From: Felis catus
Taxonomy: Eukaryota
Assembly: GCF_018350175.1 (NCBI RefSeq)
Contig: NC_058368.1
Coordinates: forward strand, 119,228,001-119,292,000
Direction: 5' to 3'
Length of the DNA: 64,000 nucleotides
The notes beneath the pieces are model-generated. The model made no database searches. It saw nothing but the letters and a program-made list of their open reading frames with translations, and was not told the DNA's origin. Numbering within the stretch: position 1 is the first letter of the stretch; every line of letters begins with the position of its first letter. A program made the position numbers and the translations under genes. Shown here in pieces: positions 1 to 12,800 of this stretch.

Positions 1-809
1 TGTAAACAACAGCCCTGTCATGAGGGTCATACAATGACAATACCAGTGTCTGGGGGCATACCCTCAATGCACCCCCAGAAGTCTGTGTTTCCCAGGCCCC
101 ATTGCCTCAGCTGTCTTCTAGACTGGAGGGCACAAAGAGCTCAGACCTATCCACTTCCTTCCAGCCTAATTCACCCCCTGAAAGAAGTCAGTTTTGTTCC
201 TGAGCAGAAACAATCACTCATGCTTTATCCCCTAATACTGGCTCTTGCCAATTTGTAACCCATGTATACTCTGAAATGGGGGAGAATAGAGCATCTCCAT
301 GGTCCCTTCCAGAGTTTGTTCCAGCTGGCTCAGATGGATCTCCTTACTTCTGGGTCTACTCCATCTGTAGTTAAAGATCATTCTTTGAGTGTCTCTTTGA
401 TCCTAGCAGCTGAAAACTTAGTTTTGATTACCTGTACTACTATATACTCTCTGGGAAATTTTGGATGAGCCCCCTCCTCCCTCCTGTTTATTCTCTGTGC
501 ATGGTGCATAGTAAGTGATCAATGAACTTACTTACTAGCATCATACTGTATCGTTCTCAATCTAATGTTGAATTTTAGCCTTTTCGTGCCGTGCCTAAAG
601 TACTGAAGCTGCTCAATTTGAAGTCACTGCCAAAGCTTCTGCCTCTCAAGGATATGAGGGAAAGCTTTCCCAAATACTTTATACTACTCCATAACCAAGG
701 GTTCATTTACAAGGAATTGCACAAATCTTTATTTTTTTTAAATTAAGCATGGATACTGGGTTTGGTAGTAGTTGCAAGGGACTAAGTTAGATGAGCCTTC
801 TCAGAATGT

Positions 810-835
810 GGCGGGGGCGGGGGCGGGGGGGGGGG
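810..835 (+). other. G-rich tract with G-quadruplex potential and GC boxes
   Basis: GGC GGGGG C GGGGG C G11. Confidence 0.6.
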
Positions 836-1316
836 AACACCAAACCTTATAAAGTACATTCTTCCCATCAAAATTATTGACAAATTAGCTTGAAAAATGG
901 CCAGCTTACTCTGGGTTCTGGAGATGCAGGGCAGGTGAAATGGCTCTATCTCGAGTTTGCATAGAGGCTGTGCATTTCTCTCTTGAGCATGCATTTGGGG
1001 AGTGCCTACATTAGAGGCATTTTTGTGAAGGAGAGGGCCTTCAGTGTTATTTAGCCTACCCACCTACAAGATGAAATCTATTTTGTCAATAGGGTGTCTA
1101 CTCTTTTGTGAGTCATTTCCACCTGTTAGAGAGCTTTTAAACGTATCGAACCTAAACATGCCTCACTGTAACTTCTACCCATCACTTGAGTCTTGCACCT
1201 GCCTCAGCTCTAGCATCTCACTCAGGAAATTATAACCTGTCCTTAGCAAATGTTAAGGGCAGCCCCAACAAACCATTCCCTTGAGGGGTGCTACAGTCCC
1301 TACATGGGCCTTTTTC

Positions 1317-1343
1317 TTTTTTCTTTTTTCTCACTTATTCATC

Positions 1344-1384
<41 letters not shown>

Positions 1385-1534
1385 TGGGGAGGGGCAGAGA
1401 GAGAGGGAGACACAGAATATGAAGCAGGTTCCAGGCTCTGAGCTGTCAACACAGAGCTCAAACCCACAAACTGTGAGATCACTACCTGAGCTGAAGTTGG
1501 ATGGTCAACTGACTGAACCACCCAGGCACCCCCC
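1317..1534 (-). mobile_element. CAN-SINE with (GA)n tract
   Basis: Ends ccacccaggcacccc on the + strand. TSD tgggcc(t/c)ttttc at 1305-1316 and 1535-1546. Confidence 0.92.
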
Positions 1535-3345
1535 TGGGCCCTTTTCAAACCTGTATTCTGATCATTCAAACAGTCCAGCAGCCAGGACAGAATTTCATAA
1601 TAGCCAATCTCCTTTACTTGCTTTCTTTGGTCAATGTAAAAAGGATTTGTGCCTTAAAGAAACATTACTTAAAATTGCTCCTCTCCCCTTGCCTACTGCA
1701 GCTGCTTTGGAACCTTGTTCTTCCTAAATACATACATACATACATACACAAAAGAGAGCAAAACAGACAGACAAAAAGAACTCTTCTTGGGGGTGCTCAA
1801 GTAAGTAAATCAACAAATAAGCAAAGCAAAAGTTTATTTAAAATAGTATCTAAAATAAAAATAGAATTTATAAAGTGTTCCTATTTATGTAAAAGTGTAA
1901 GAATTACTAAAAAAAAGTCCCATAACTAAGAAAAAACAAAACCACTCATTCCTCAACCCTGTCCTGAGTGTATCTTTTCACCTTTTTTGCTTACTTTCCT
2001 CCCAGTGCTGAATATCAAAGCCCTGCAAATTAGAAAGGGAAACTCTTTGGAGTTTATCAAAGGTGTGGAGAAAAACTGAGCTGGCAGAATGAGAACAATT
2101 CTGAGTAGGCAGGGAAAGAGTGGGAACAGACCCTACTTTTTGTCCATCATATGGGTGACAGCACTTAAAGACAGCACCATAACCTTACTGAGGTGACCAC
2201 AGCCATGGGAGTTTGTGGCAAATATTGGATTCTGTTTCTCAGGGGGAATACTTTGAAGCAGTGTTCATTTGTACACTCATTCATCCACCCAAATATATTT
2301 GAGTGCCTTTTAAGTGCAAGGCACTGCCTTTGTAACTTAATGGTAATGTCAACGATTACACGGTAGTTCCTCAGATGGTTAATGACACCTGTATCTCCAC
2401 TGTAAAGATGAGCAGTGTAGTCCCACCAGGTGTTAAGTACGGTCTCCTATGTTGCAATCTTCAAATATGTGTCTATCTACTTATCTATCAGTCATCCATC
2501 CTTCGTGACTGGAGATCCCCAAACAGGAGGCAATCCAAGAGAAGAAACCTAAGAAACTTTTAAGTTTTTAAGAAATGGAAGTTGGGCCATGGTAGAAGGT
2601 CCTGTAACTTCAGTACAAAATAATTAAAAGTGCTATATGAACTCTGTTAAAGTTCTATAAAACAATATGCATAACCAGAGCTAATCTCTCTGAACCTACA
2701 CCAAATGTCCAATTTGCTGGATAGTTACTCTGTTGAGGATCCATATCTTACATATCCTTTATTTCATTCCTAATCAGTACCTAGCACAATGTGAAACACA
2801 AAGGAGGTATTTACTTCTCTGTAACTTCAGAGCTAGAGGTGGCTTTGGAGACCAACATAGGCTAACCCCTGAATTTCTGTAGATGAGGACTCAGAAACCT
2901 AACTGGACCATCAGAAAAGCTTCCTAATTGATTGTTAAGCCTGGAGCTTCTCCAAACTCTACAGAGCTGCTGTAATTGTCTTTACTTGATCAGTGGCTGC
3001 TTTATCTGTCAAGTTTCATCTGGGTGGCCTGACTTGACTCAACTCCCATGCGACCTCCAAACAAAATTAGGTCCCCTTCTAATGCTTAATCAAAGCACTT
3101 CTTCATGTTCTTACATAGCATTTTCCATTATTTAGAATTAAACTTCAATTTTTGTGAATAATTTTATACCACCTACCCCTTACCTGAGCCTGTAAGTGCC
3201 ATGAGAGGAAGAACTAGTCCTTAATTCATCACCATATCCCCAGAGCACATTGAAGCTGGCACATTGAAGCTCAGTGAATATTTGTCCAAGAAATAAACGG
3301 TTGGAAGCCATGAACCAGAGCTTTCTTTTCAAGACAAAAACTTAA

Positions 3346-3471
3346 GGGCTGCCTGGGTGGCTCAATCTATCAAGCGTCCGACTCTCGGTTTGGGCTCAGG
3401 CTATGATCCTGAGGTTTGTGGGTTGCAGCCCTGCATCAGGCTCCTCGCTGACAGTGCAGAGTCTGCTTCAG

Positions 3472-3509
<38 letters not shown>

Positions 3510-3565
3510 TGGGTTTTCTCCCCCGCTCTCTCTCTCCCAAAACATAAATAAATAAACTAAAAAAA
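3346..3565 (+). mobile_element. CAN-SINE
   Basis: gcctgggtggctca head, (CT)n tract, aataaa tail. aagacaaaaa repeated at 3331-3340 and 3566-3575. Confidence 0.92.
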
Positions 3566-5600
3566 AAGACAAAAATCTGATTATGTCAGTCTTCCACCTA
3601 AATACCCTTTTTTAGCTCCTCATTTTTTTTAACAGTGGGAAAAAAGAATGTCTGAGAATACCTGCATAGAGCCATCACAACTGGCTCCTCCAAGCTGCTC
3701 AGGTACTTTCAGACCACCATGTTTTTGCCTGTGCTGCATCCAGGGTGGAATGCCCTGCCCGACACTGCGGACGAAGGAGGTAAGCATCTACTCTACCTTC
3801 TGGGTCAAGTTCAGGTTCCACAAGTGAGGGCCGGCTGGTTGGCTGTCTATTCCTACGGCACGTTGTATTTTCAGGAGAGCAAAAGGGTGGGCAAGCAAGA
3901 GACATACTCTCTTTCCCCAACCTGTCCCTGGATTCTCTCTATTGCTGCTAACACTGCTGTGAATAATGGAGGAGCAGAGGGCAGACTACAGTTCTTCCAC
4001 CATCTGTCGCTCTTCTCAGCTTCTTCCTTCTTCCAGATCTCTGTCTCCTGCTATTTTCCTGGACCATCTTCCGGTCACCCTCTTTCTCAGGGTCCTCTTC
4101 CCCAAATTTCACTTCTGTTAGATGAGATGATTTAATTCCTCCTTTTTTGCTTCTTCTTTGGGAATAGGACCCCTAAGAAAGGGGGCTGGGGCTCACATAT
4201 CACACTTAAAGAGTCCTAGCAAGGCATTTTCCAGAGTAAGAAGCTCTTTCTTGAAGCAGATTCTTCTACTCCCTGAGCATGCAAGCAGAAGATGATCACG
4301 TTTCTGGCTTCAAATTTTAACTTTTCCTTACTCTTACAGACATTTTAGAATCTAAGCAAAATGACTATCTTTTATACAGCCACTTTAATTCTCAGCAGTA
4401 TATTTTCAGGAGTGGCCCCCCATCTACCTGTGGGGGCCACTTTTGAAATTGACTCTATGAAGCTCTATGAAGAAAGGTATCATCAGGGAAGGAGGTGTTC
4501 TTAGAAATGGCTCCACAGGGTTTAAACTCCACTTCCTCATTCTTTGTTCAGACCAATGGTCTTAAAGTATGCACTAGAGATGATCATGTTAGAATGCCCA
4601 GACTCAATAAGGAAAAAACCAGGCCCCTGATTAAGACCAAACTGCTGCACCTGATGACTCTCCAGCTTCACCTCCCTTTTGTGGCCCCCTCCATTGTTAG
4701 GGAGGCCAGGAGCTCAGATAATCAACTTTTGTCCTTAGATAATAGGGTTGCACATTTCCCCAGCTACTTCTAGGCAAAAGTGAAACACATGACTGGAAAT
4801 TTTGGAGATTTGTTTCCTTCTGACCACCACCACCCACCCCGCCAAGGCAGGAAACTTGACTGTGGCCTCTTTTCATGATCTCTACCCTTACCTTTGTCAT
4901 GTTCAAAGGAGATAAAGTAGAATCGAGAGAGAGAGAGAACAGGCACAGAGAATAAGTACAGATATTTATAATATGGATCAATTATATTAACCAAACAAAT
5001 CCCCCCTCCCAAGTTTTAATTAACTCATTGCATTTAGATCTAGTGCTTTTTTACTGAAATAAAACCATTAACAAAATACGACATAACAGTAAAACTCTTC
5101 AACACATGGAAGGTATAAAAAATAACAGCACTGGATACAACCTCACATTTATAACACTCTGCATATTTTAAAGATGTTTTTAATAACAAATAAAAGACTG
5201 AATCTCACATTACTTGTGAGAAGAAAGCAGGAAGGGTAGTTTTAATCCATTTTATAAATATGCAAACAATTTCAGGGTCCAAGGTCATGTGATGAATTAA
5301 TAAGAAAATCCTCTCTGTGGCAATTAGTATTATGAAAAAAATGGTCAACAGATTCTAGAGGATTTTTTAAACTAGTCTATTTTAAAACGCAATTCAGAAA
5401 AATCAATAATAAAATCAGGGGACAAAGAGAAAAAGGACATTTCTTTTTCCCTTGAAGGAAATTAAATTTGACTGTGGTTGTCAGAATCTGAATAGGCAAA
5501 ATCTGAAATTAGCCAATAGTAAGAACTCTTAGTACCAATTTGTAAGACTTAAACTGTGAAGCATGTATTTTGAACTTATAGATTAACATACCACTTTTTA

Positions 5601-5792
5601 AACATACATTTTATTTTATTTATTTTGTCTTATTTATTTATTTTTTTGGAGACAGCAAGGGGACGAGCTGGGAAGGGGCAGAGGAAGAGTGAGAGAGAAT
5701 CAATGTGGGGCTTAATCTCAGAACGCTGAGATCACAACCTGAGACAAAATCAAGAGTCAGATGCTTAACCAACTAAGCCACCCAGGCACCCC
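5601..5792 (-). mobile_element. CAN-SINE (older)
   Basis: Ends gccacccaggcacccc on the + strand, with T-rich tail. Degenerate TSD attaa(ca/tg)tacca. Confidence 0.88.
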
Positions 5793-6195
5793 AATTAATG
5801 TACCAGTTTTAATCTGCATATCCATTGGCATTTATGTTGCACTTAAACACTTTCACAAACATCACTATATGTAATATCACTTTTTTTTGTGGCTGACAAA
5901 TCAGCTTTCATTAAGAGAGGTTTCTGGACAGGCAAAAAAATAAAGCATAACATCAAAGGGCCCAGATCACAATAGACTTATTACCCAATTAAGGGCAGGG
6001 GAACAATGTATAGGAGACAGATATAGCTATGAAGACAATGGATCTCAAATGAATGGTATTATAGTCATCCATGAATTAGCTAGCTGATAAAAATCATGCT
6101 CATCTTGTTACAGGTAGCTAATACTGGGTATGACCCAGTGATCTATGAGAAACCAGTTCCTAAAAGAAAGAAAGTGAATAATGTAATTATATCCG

Positions 6196-6197
<2 letters not shown>

Positions 6198-6278
<81 letters not shown>
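6198..6278. repeat. Compound (CT)n(CA)n microsatellite
   Basis: Directly visible, about 16 CT followed by 24 CA units. Confidence 0.98.
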
Positions 6279-6279
<1 letters not shown>

Positions 6280-7952
6280 TCTACCCAATGCTCAAACAAA
6301 GTAAGTTTTTCCATTTCTCCTGTCACCTTGAACTCTACCTAAAATTCATACATGTTCAAAGCCTCAGGTATTAAGACATCATCCTGACTAAAGTTAAGCT
6401 CTGTCTGTATACAAAAATCATGACAGCTGAAATCTACTGTGGGTCTCTGCTAATGGATCCCCAGTTTAAACCGAGGGCAACTGGAGACAGGGCATGTTCA
6501 GCAGGGGCCCTCGGCTCTGGAATCCCCTGCCTATCTTAGTTGATCAAAGCTCCACTTGCAAACCTTCCAGGCTTAGAGCCAAACTTTTATTTTTAGATTA
6601 ATTGAGAGGCAATCTGAAGCTGGAATTTTAATACTGTGATTTTTTTTCTTCAAAGAATTGTTTGAGAGTTAGTACTAGGTATTTTTAATAATTTAAATTA
6701 ATCTATGTTATCAACTTCAACTAATTATTTGTTTAATGAATTCCTTCAATTTTTAAAATATGCCCACTGCAACATGCTCCTGGGAATGAATACCAAAAAT
6801 GAATACATTAATTATAGTAAATCATTCAGGGAGTCAAATAAAAGACAGTAACAGAGGGAGGGAGCCAAGATGGAGGAACAGCATGGAAGTTTTTTGTGTG
6901 TCTCCCGTCCACGAAATACAGACAGACCAACACTAAACCATCTTGCACACCTAGAAAACTGATCTGAGGATTAACACAACAATATGCACAACCTGAACCA
7001 CAGAATTCAGCAGGTACATGGCATGGAGAGAATTTGGGGAGCGAGAAACCACTGAGGGCAGGCAGGTGTTTTTGCAGGTGGAGAGAGGACAGAGACGGTG
7101 GGGAGAATATGGAAAAAACACCCCTCCCAAAAAGCAACTGGAGAGAAAGTGGAAAATTGGAAAAAGCCGCAGGGACTGAACTAAAAGGGAGAAAGGAGAA
7201 GGAGAAAGGAGAAATGAGAGGGTTTAAATTCCATTAAGACTGTAAACAAGGGGAATGCAAAGGCTGCAACTCCACAGCTCCATACCTGGTGGTGCTCTGG
7301 TGGGAAGGGAGAATCCCCAGGAGCAGAGTGGGGTCTGGGAGGTTCTCAGACCACACCGGAGAAGCGGTTCCACTGCTGAAAGGACATTTGGTAGAGGCTG
7401 TGAGGCAACCTGGGCCCAGCAGACCCCAGAGATGGCCACATTCGCTGGTGCTGGAAGAAGGTCATTAAGGGTGAAGCCTGGTGCCAGATGGGTGTTGTGA
7501 TTTTTCCATAATCCCTGAAATACTGCTGCTACACTGTCTCATGAACTTTTTCTGGGGCAGGCTTGCACCTGGCCGCAGTCTCTGACATCGGTAGCAGCAC
7601 AGTCTCACAAACTTTTCTGGGTTGAGGCCAGCATTCAGCCATGGCTCAATGAGACCCTCCCACAGAGGAGAACAGGTCAAAGCCGCAGTCCCTCAGAAGT
7701 ATGGGGCCAGGGAAAACAGCCGCATCTGAGACAAAACGCGGGAGAAAAGTACTACCTGGGTCTTGGTCACGGACAGTGCAAAAGCAGGGAGTGGACGAAA
7801 GCTGAAGACAAAGGACGGGTGCGTGATTGCTGATCGGGGAGAACAGAGTTCTGATACTAGAGACTGGATAGCTGGGTGACGCCATTTTCACCACTCCCGC
7901 GCCTGCGCATACGCACCTACAAGCGCCACAACAATCCACCCCGGTAGGCTAG

Positions 7953-7968
7953 CAGCGCCATCTAGTGG
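7953..7968 (-). promoter_or_regulatory. CTCF core motif in the L1 copy A 5'UTR
   Basis: Reverse strand reads CCACTAGATGGCGCTG, matching the CTCF consensus CCASYAGRKGGCRS. Motif match only. Confidence 0.6.
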
Positions 7969-8695
7969 AGAACAGAGCTGTTACACTGAGCCCCGCCATA
8001 CTGGGCCAACCTCACTCTTCAAGAACACAAGTCTCACCGCTTGCTTAGTTTATGGACTGTAAAGCGCTTCATAGTCTGACTTCAAGGGGAAAATGAAGTC
8101 ATTTCAGTCATGTTTCAGTCTGTTAGCAGGTCCATCTATTCCATTTCTTTCTTTCTTTTTTCTTTTTCTCTCTTTTTCATTTCCTTTCTTTTCTTGAATA
8201 GAGAAAGAGAAAAAATCATTTTTATTTTCAATTTTTATTAATAATATTTTTCTTTATTTTTTTTACTATATATTTTTACTATATTTTTTACTTTTGTGTA
8301 AAATTTTCAAATTCTATTTTACTTCCATCATTTTATTTTAGTCTACTTCATTGTATTATTTTCTTCAAATTTTCAAACGATTTCCTTTTTTCCTCCTTTT
8401 TCTCTTTTTCGTTTCTTTTTCTTGAATACAGAAAAGGAAAAATTTTATTTTTATATTTAATTTTTATTAAAAATATTCTTCTTTAATTTTTTTCTACTAT
8501 AGTTTTACTTTTGTGTAAAATTTTTAAAATTCTAGTTTACTTCCATCATTTCATTTTAGTCTAATTCAGTGTATTCATTTTTTCAAATTTTCAAATGATT
8601 TCCTCTTTTTGTTCTTTCCCCTTTTTTCTCTAATCTATCCAGCCACTTTCAACACCCAGGCCAAAACACACCTAGGTTCTAACATCACTTATTCG

Positions 8696-8739
<44 letters not shown>

Positions 8740-8821
8740 AATTTTTTAATTTTAACATTTTTTTAATTTTAATTTTTTAATTTTCATTTTATCTATCTCA
8801 ATAGTTCCTTTCTCCCTTCAA

Positions 8822-9698
8822 ATGATGAAATGCAGGGATTTACCCCAAAAGAAAGAGCAGGAAGAAACAACAGCCAGGGACTTAACCAACACAGACACAC
8901 GCAAGATATCTGAACCAGATTTTAGAATCACGATAATAAAAATACTAGCTGCAGTCAAAAATAGATTAGAATGTGTTCTGTGGAGATAAAAGAAGTAAAA
9001 ACTAGTCAGGATGCAATAAAAAATGCTATAACTGAGCTGCAATCACGAATGGATGCTGTGGCGGCAAGGATGGATGAGGCAGAACAGAGAATCGGCGATA
9101 TAGAGGACAAACTTATGGAGAGCAATGAAGCAGAAAAAAAGAGGGAGATGAAGACAAAAGAGCACAATGTAAGAATTAGAGAAATCAGTGACTCTTTAAA
9201 AAGGAACAACATCAGAATCATAGGGGTCTCAGAAGAGGAAGAGAGAGAAAGAGGGGTAGAAGGGTTATGTCAGCAAATCATGGTGGAAAACGTTCCTAAC
9301 CAAGGGAAAGACACAGACATCAAAATCCAGGAAACACAGAGGACTCCATGAGATTCAACAAAACCTAACCATCAACAAGGCATATCATAGTCAAATCCAC
9401 AAAATACTCAGGCAAGGAGAGAATCATGAAAGCAGCCAGGGGAAAAAGTCCTTAACCTACAAGGGAAGACAGATCAGGTTTGCAGCAGAACTATCCACAG
9501 AAACCTGGCAGACCAGAAAGGAGTGGCAGGGTATATTCAATGTGCTGAATCAGAAAAATATGCAGCCAAGAATTCTTTATCCAGCAAGGCTGTCATTCAA
9601 AATAGAGAGATAAAAAAAGTTTCCCAGGCAAACAAAAATTAAGGGAATTTGTGACCACTAAACCAGCCCTGCAAGAAATTTTAAGGGGGACTCTCTGA
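8822..9698 (+). pseudogene. L1 ORF1p remnant (copy A), frameshifted with premature stop
   Basis: ORF track 8971-9351 gives the coiled coil and KRNNIRIIGV motif typical of mammalian L1 ORF1p. Premature TGA at 9349-9351. Confidence 0.9.
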
Positions 9699-9710
9699 GG
9701 GGAGAAAAGA

Positions 9711-9745
<35 letters not shown>

Positions 9746-9816
9746 ATACCAAAAGCAACAAAGATTAGAAAGGACCAGAGAACACCACCAGAAACTCCAA
9801 CTCTACAAGACACATA

Positions 9817-12800
9817 ATGGCAATAAATTCATATCTTTCAGTACTCACTCTAAACACCAATGGACTCAATGCTCCAATCAAAAGACATAGGGTAACAGAA
9901 TGGATAAGAAAACAAGATCCATCTATATGCTGTTTACAAAAGACCCACTTTAGACCTAAAGACCCCTACAGATTGAAAGTAAGGGGATGGAGAACCACCC
10001 ATCATGCTAATGGTCAAAATGAAAGAAAGCTGGAGAATCTGTACTTATGTCAGACAATCTAGACTTTAAAATAAAGACTATATCAAGAGATGAAGAAGGG
10101 AATTATATCATAATTAAGGGGACTATCCACCAAGACAACCTAACAATTGTAAACATTTATGCACCAAATGTGAAAGCACCCACAAATTTAATTCAATTAA
10201 TCACAAACATGAAGAAACTCATTGATAGTAATACCATAATAGGAGGAGACTTCAACACCCCACTCACAGAAATGGAAAGATCATCTAATCAAAATATCAA
10301 CAAGGAAACAATGGCTTTGAATGACACACTGGACCAGATGGACTTAACAGATATATTCAGAACATTTCATCCTAAAGCAGCAGAATATACATTCTTCTCC
10401 AATGCACATGAAACGTTCTCCAGAATAGACCATATACTAGGACACAAATCAGCCCTCAGCAATACAAAAAGATCGAGATCATACCGTGGATATTTTCAGA
10501 CCACAAAGCTGTGAAACTTGCAATCAACCACATGAAAAAAAAATTTGGAAAGGTAACAAGTACTTGGAGACTGAAGAACATCCTAGTAAAGAATGAATGG
10601 GCTAACCAAGAAGTTAAAGAGCCAATGAAATGGATGCCAGAGAAAATGATAACACCACAACCCAAAGCCTCTGGGACTCAGCAAAGGCAGTCATAAGAGG
10701 AAAAAATCCAGCACCCAGGCCTTCTTAAAGAAGGAAGAAAGATCTCAGATACACAACATATCTTTATGCCTTAAAGAGCTGGAAAAAGAACAGTGAAGAA
10801 AACCCAAAATTGGAAGAAGACAGGAAATAATAAAGATTAGAGCAAAAATTAATGCTATCGAAACCAAAACAAACAAACAAACAAACAAACAAAAACCAGT
10901 AGAACAGATCAATGAAACCAGAAGCTGGTTCTTTGAAAGAATTAAAATTGATTAACCACTAGCCAGTTTGATCAAAAAGAAAAAGGAAAGGACCCAAATA
11001 AATAAAATCAAGAATAAACGAGGAGAGATCACAGCGAACACAGCAGAAATAAAAAAAAAATAGTAAGAGAATATTATGAGCAATTATATGCCAATAAAAT
11101 GGGCAATCTGGAAGAAACGGACAAATTCCTAGAAACATATATACTACCAAAGCTGAAACAGAAGAAACAGAAAATTTGAACAGATCCATAACCAGCAAGG
11201 AAATCGAATCAGTAGTCAAAAATCTCCCCAAAAAACAAGATTTCAGGGCCAGATAACTTTCCAGGGGGATTCTACCAAACATTTAAGGAAGACTTAACAC
11301 CATTCTCTTGAAGCTGTTCCAAAAAATAAAAATGGAAGGAAAACTTCCAAACTCACTCTATGAAGCCAGAATTACCTTGATTCCAAAATCAGATAGAGAC
11401 CCCACGAAAAAGAAGAACTCTAGACGAATTCCCTGATAAACATGGATGCAAAAATCCTCAACAAGACATTAGCCAACTGGATCCAACAATACATTAAAAA
11501 ATTATTCACCATGACCAAGTGGGATTTAAACCTGGGATGCAGGGCTGGTTCAATATCTGCAAAACAATTAGGGTGTTTCATCACATCAATGAAAGAAAGG
11601 ACAAGAACCATATGATCCTCTCAAAAGATGCAGAGAAAGCATTTGACAAAATACAGCATCCTTTCTTGATAAAAACCCTCAAGAAAGTAGGGATAAAGGA
11701 TCATACCTGGAGATCATAAAAGCCATATATGAACGACCCAATGCTAATATCATCCTCAATGGGGAAAAAATGAGAGCTTTCCCCCTAAGGTCAGGAACAA
11801 GACAGGGGTGTCCATTCTCACCACTGTTATTCAACATAATATTGGAAGTCTTGGCCTCTGCAATCAGACAAGACAAATAAATAAAAGGCATCCAAATCAG
11901 CCAGGAGGAGGTCAAACTTTCACTCTTCACAGATGACATGATACCCTCTATGGAACACCCTAAAAATTCCACCAAAAAAAACTGCTAGAACTGATTCATG
12001 AATTCAGCAAAGTTGCAGTATATAAAATCAATGCACAGAAATCAGCTGCATTCCTATACACCAACAATGAAGTAGCAGAAAGAGAAATCAAGGAATTGAT
12101 CTCATTTACAGTTGCACCAAAACCCAAAAAATACCTAGGAATAAATCTAACCAAAGATGAGAAAAATCTATACACTGAAAACTATAGAAAGCTTATGAAA
12201 GAAACTGAAGAACACACCAAAAAGTGGAAAATGATTCCATGCTCCTAAATAGGAAGAACACATTTTGTTAAAACGTCAATACTACCGAAAGCAATCTACA
12301 TATTCAATGCAATCCCTATCAAAATAACACCAGCCTTCTTCACAGAGCTAGAACAAATAATCCTACAACTTGTATGGAACCAGAAAAGACCCCGAATAGC
12401 CAAAGCAATCTTGAAAAAGAAAACCAAAGCAGGAGGCATCACAATCCTGGACTTCAAGCTATACTACAAAGCTGTAATCATCAAGACAGTATGGTACTGG
12501 CACAAGAACAGACACTCAGATCAATGGAACAGAATAGAGAACCCAGAAATGGACCCACAAATGTATGGCCCACTAATCTTTGACAAAGCAGGAAAGAATA
12601 TCCAATGGAATCAAGACAGTCTCTTCAGCAAGTGGTTTTGGGAAAACTGGACAGCGACATGCAGAAGAATGAACCTGGACCACTTTCTTACACCATGCAC
12701 AAAAATAAACTTAAAATGGATGAAATACCTAAATGTAAGAGAGGAAGCCATCAAAATCCTCAAGGAGAAAGCAGGCAAAAACCTCTTTGACCTTGGCCAC

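Noticed and set aside
1281..1727. ORFs with ERERER, SLSLSL or AQVMIS motifs throughout the window
   Set aside because: They are translations of CAN-SINE bodies and their (CT)n tracts.
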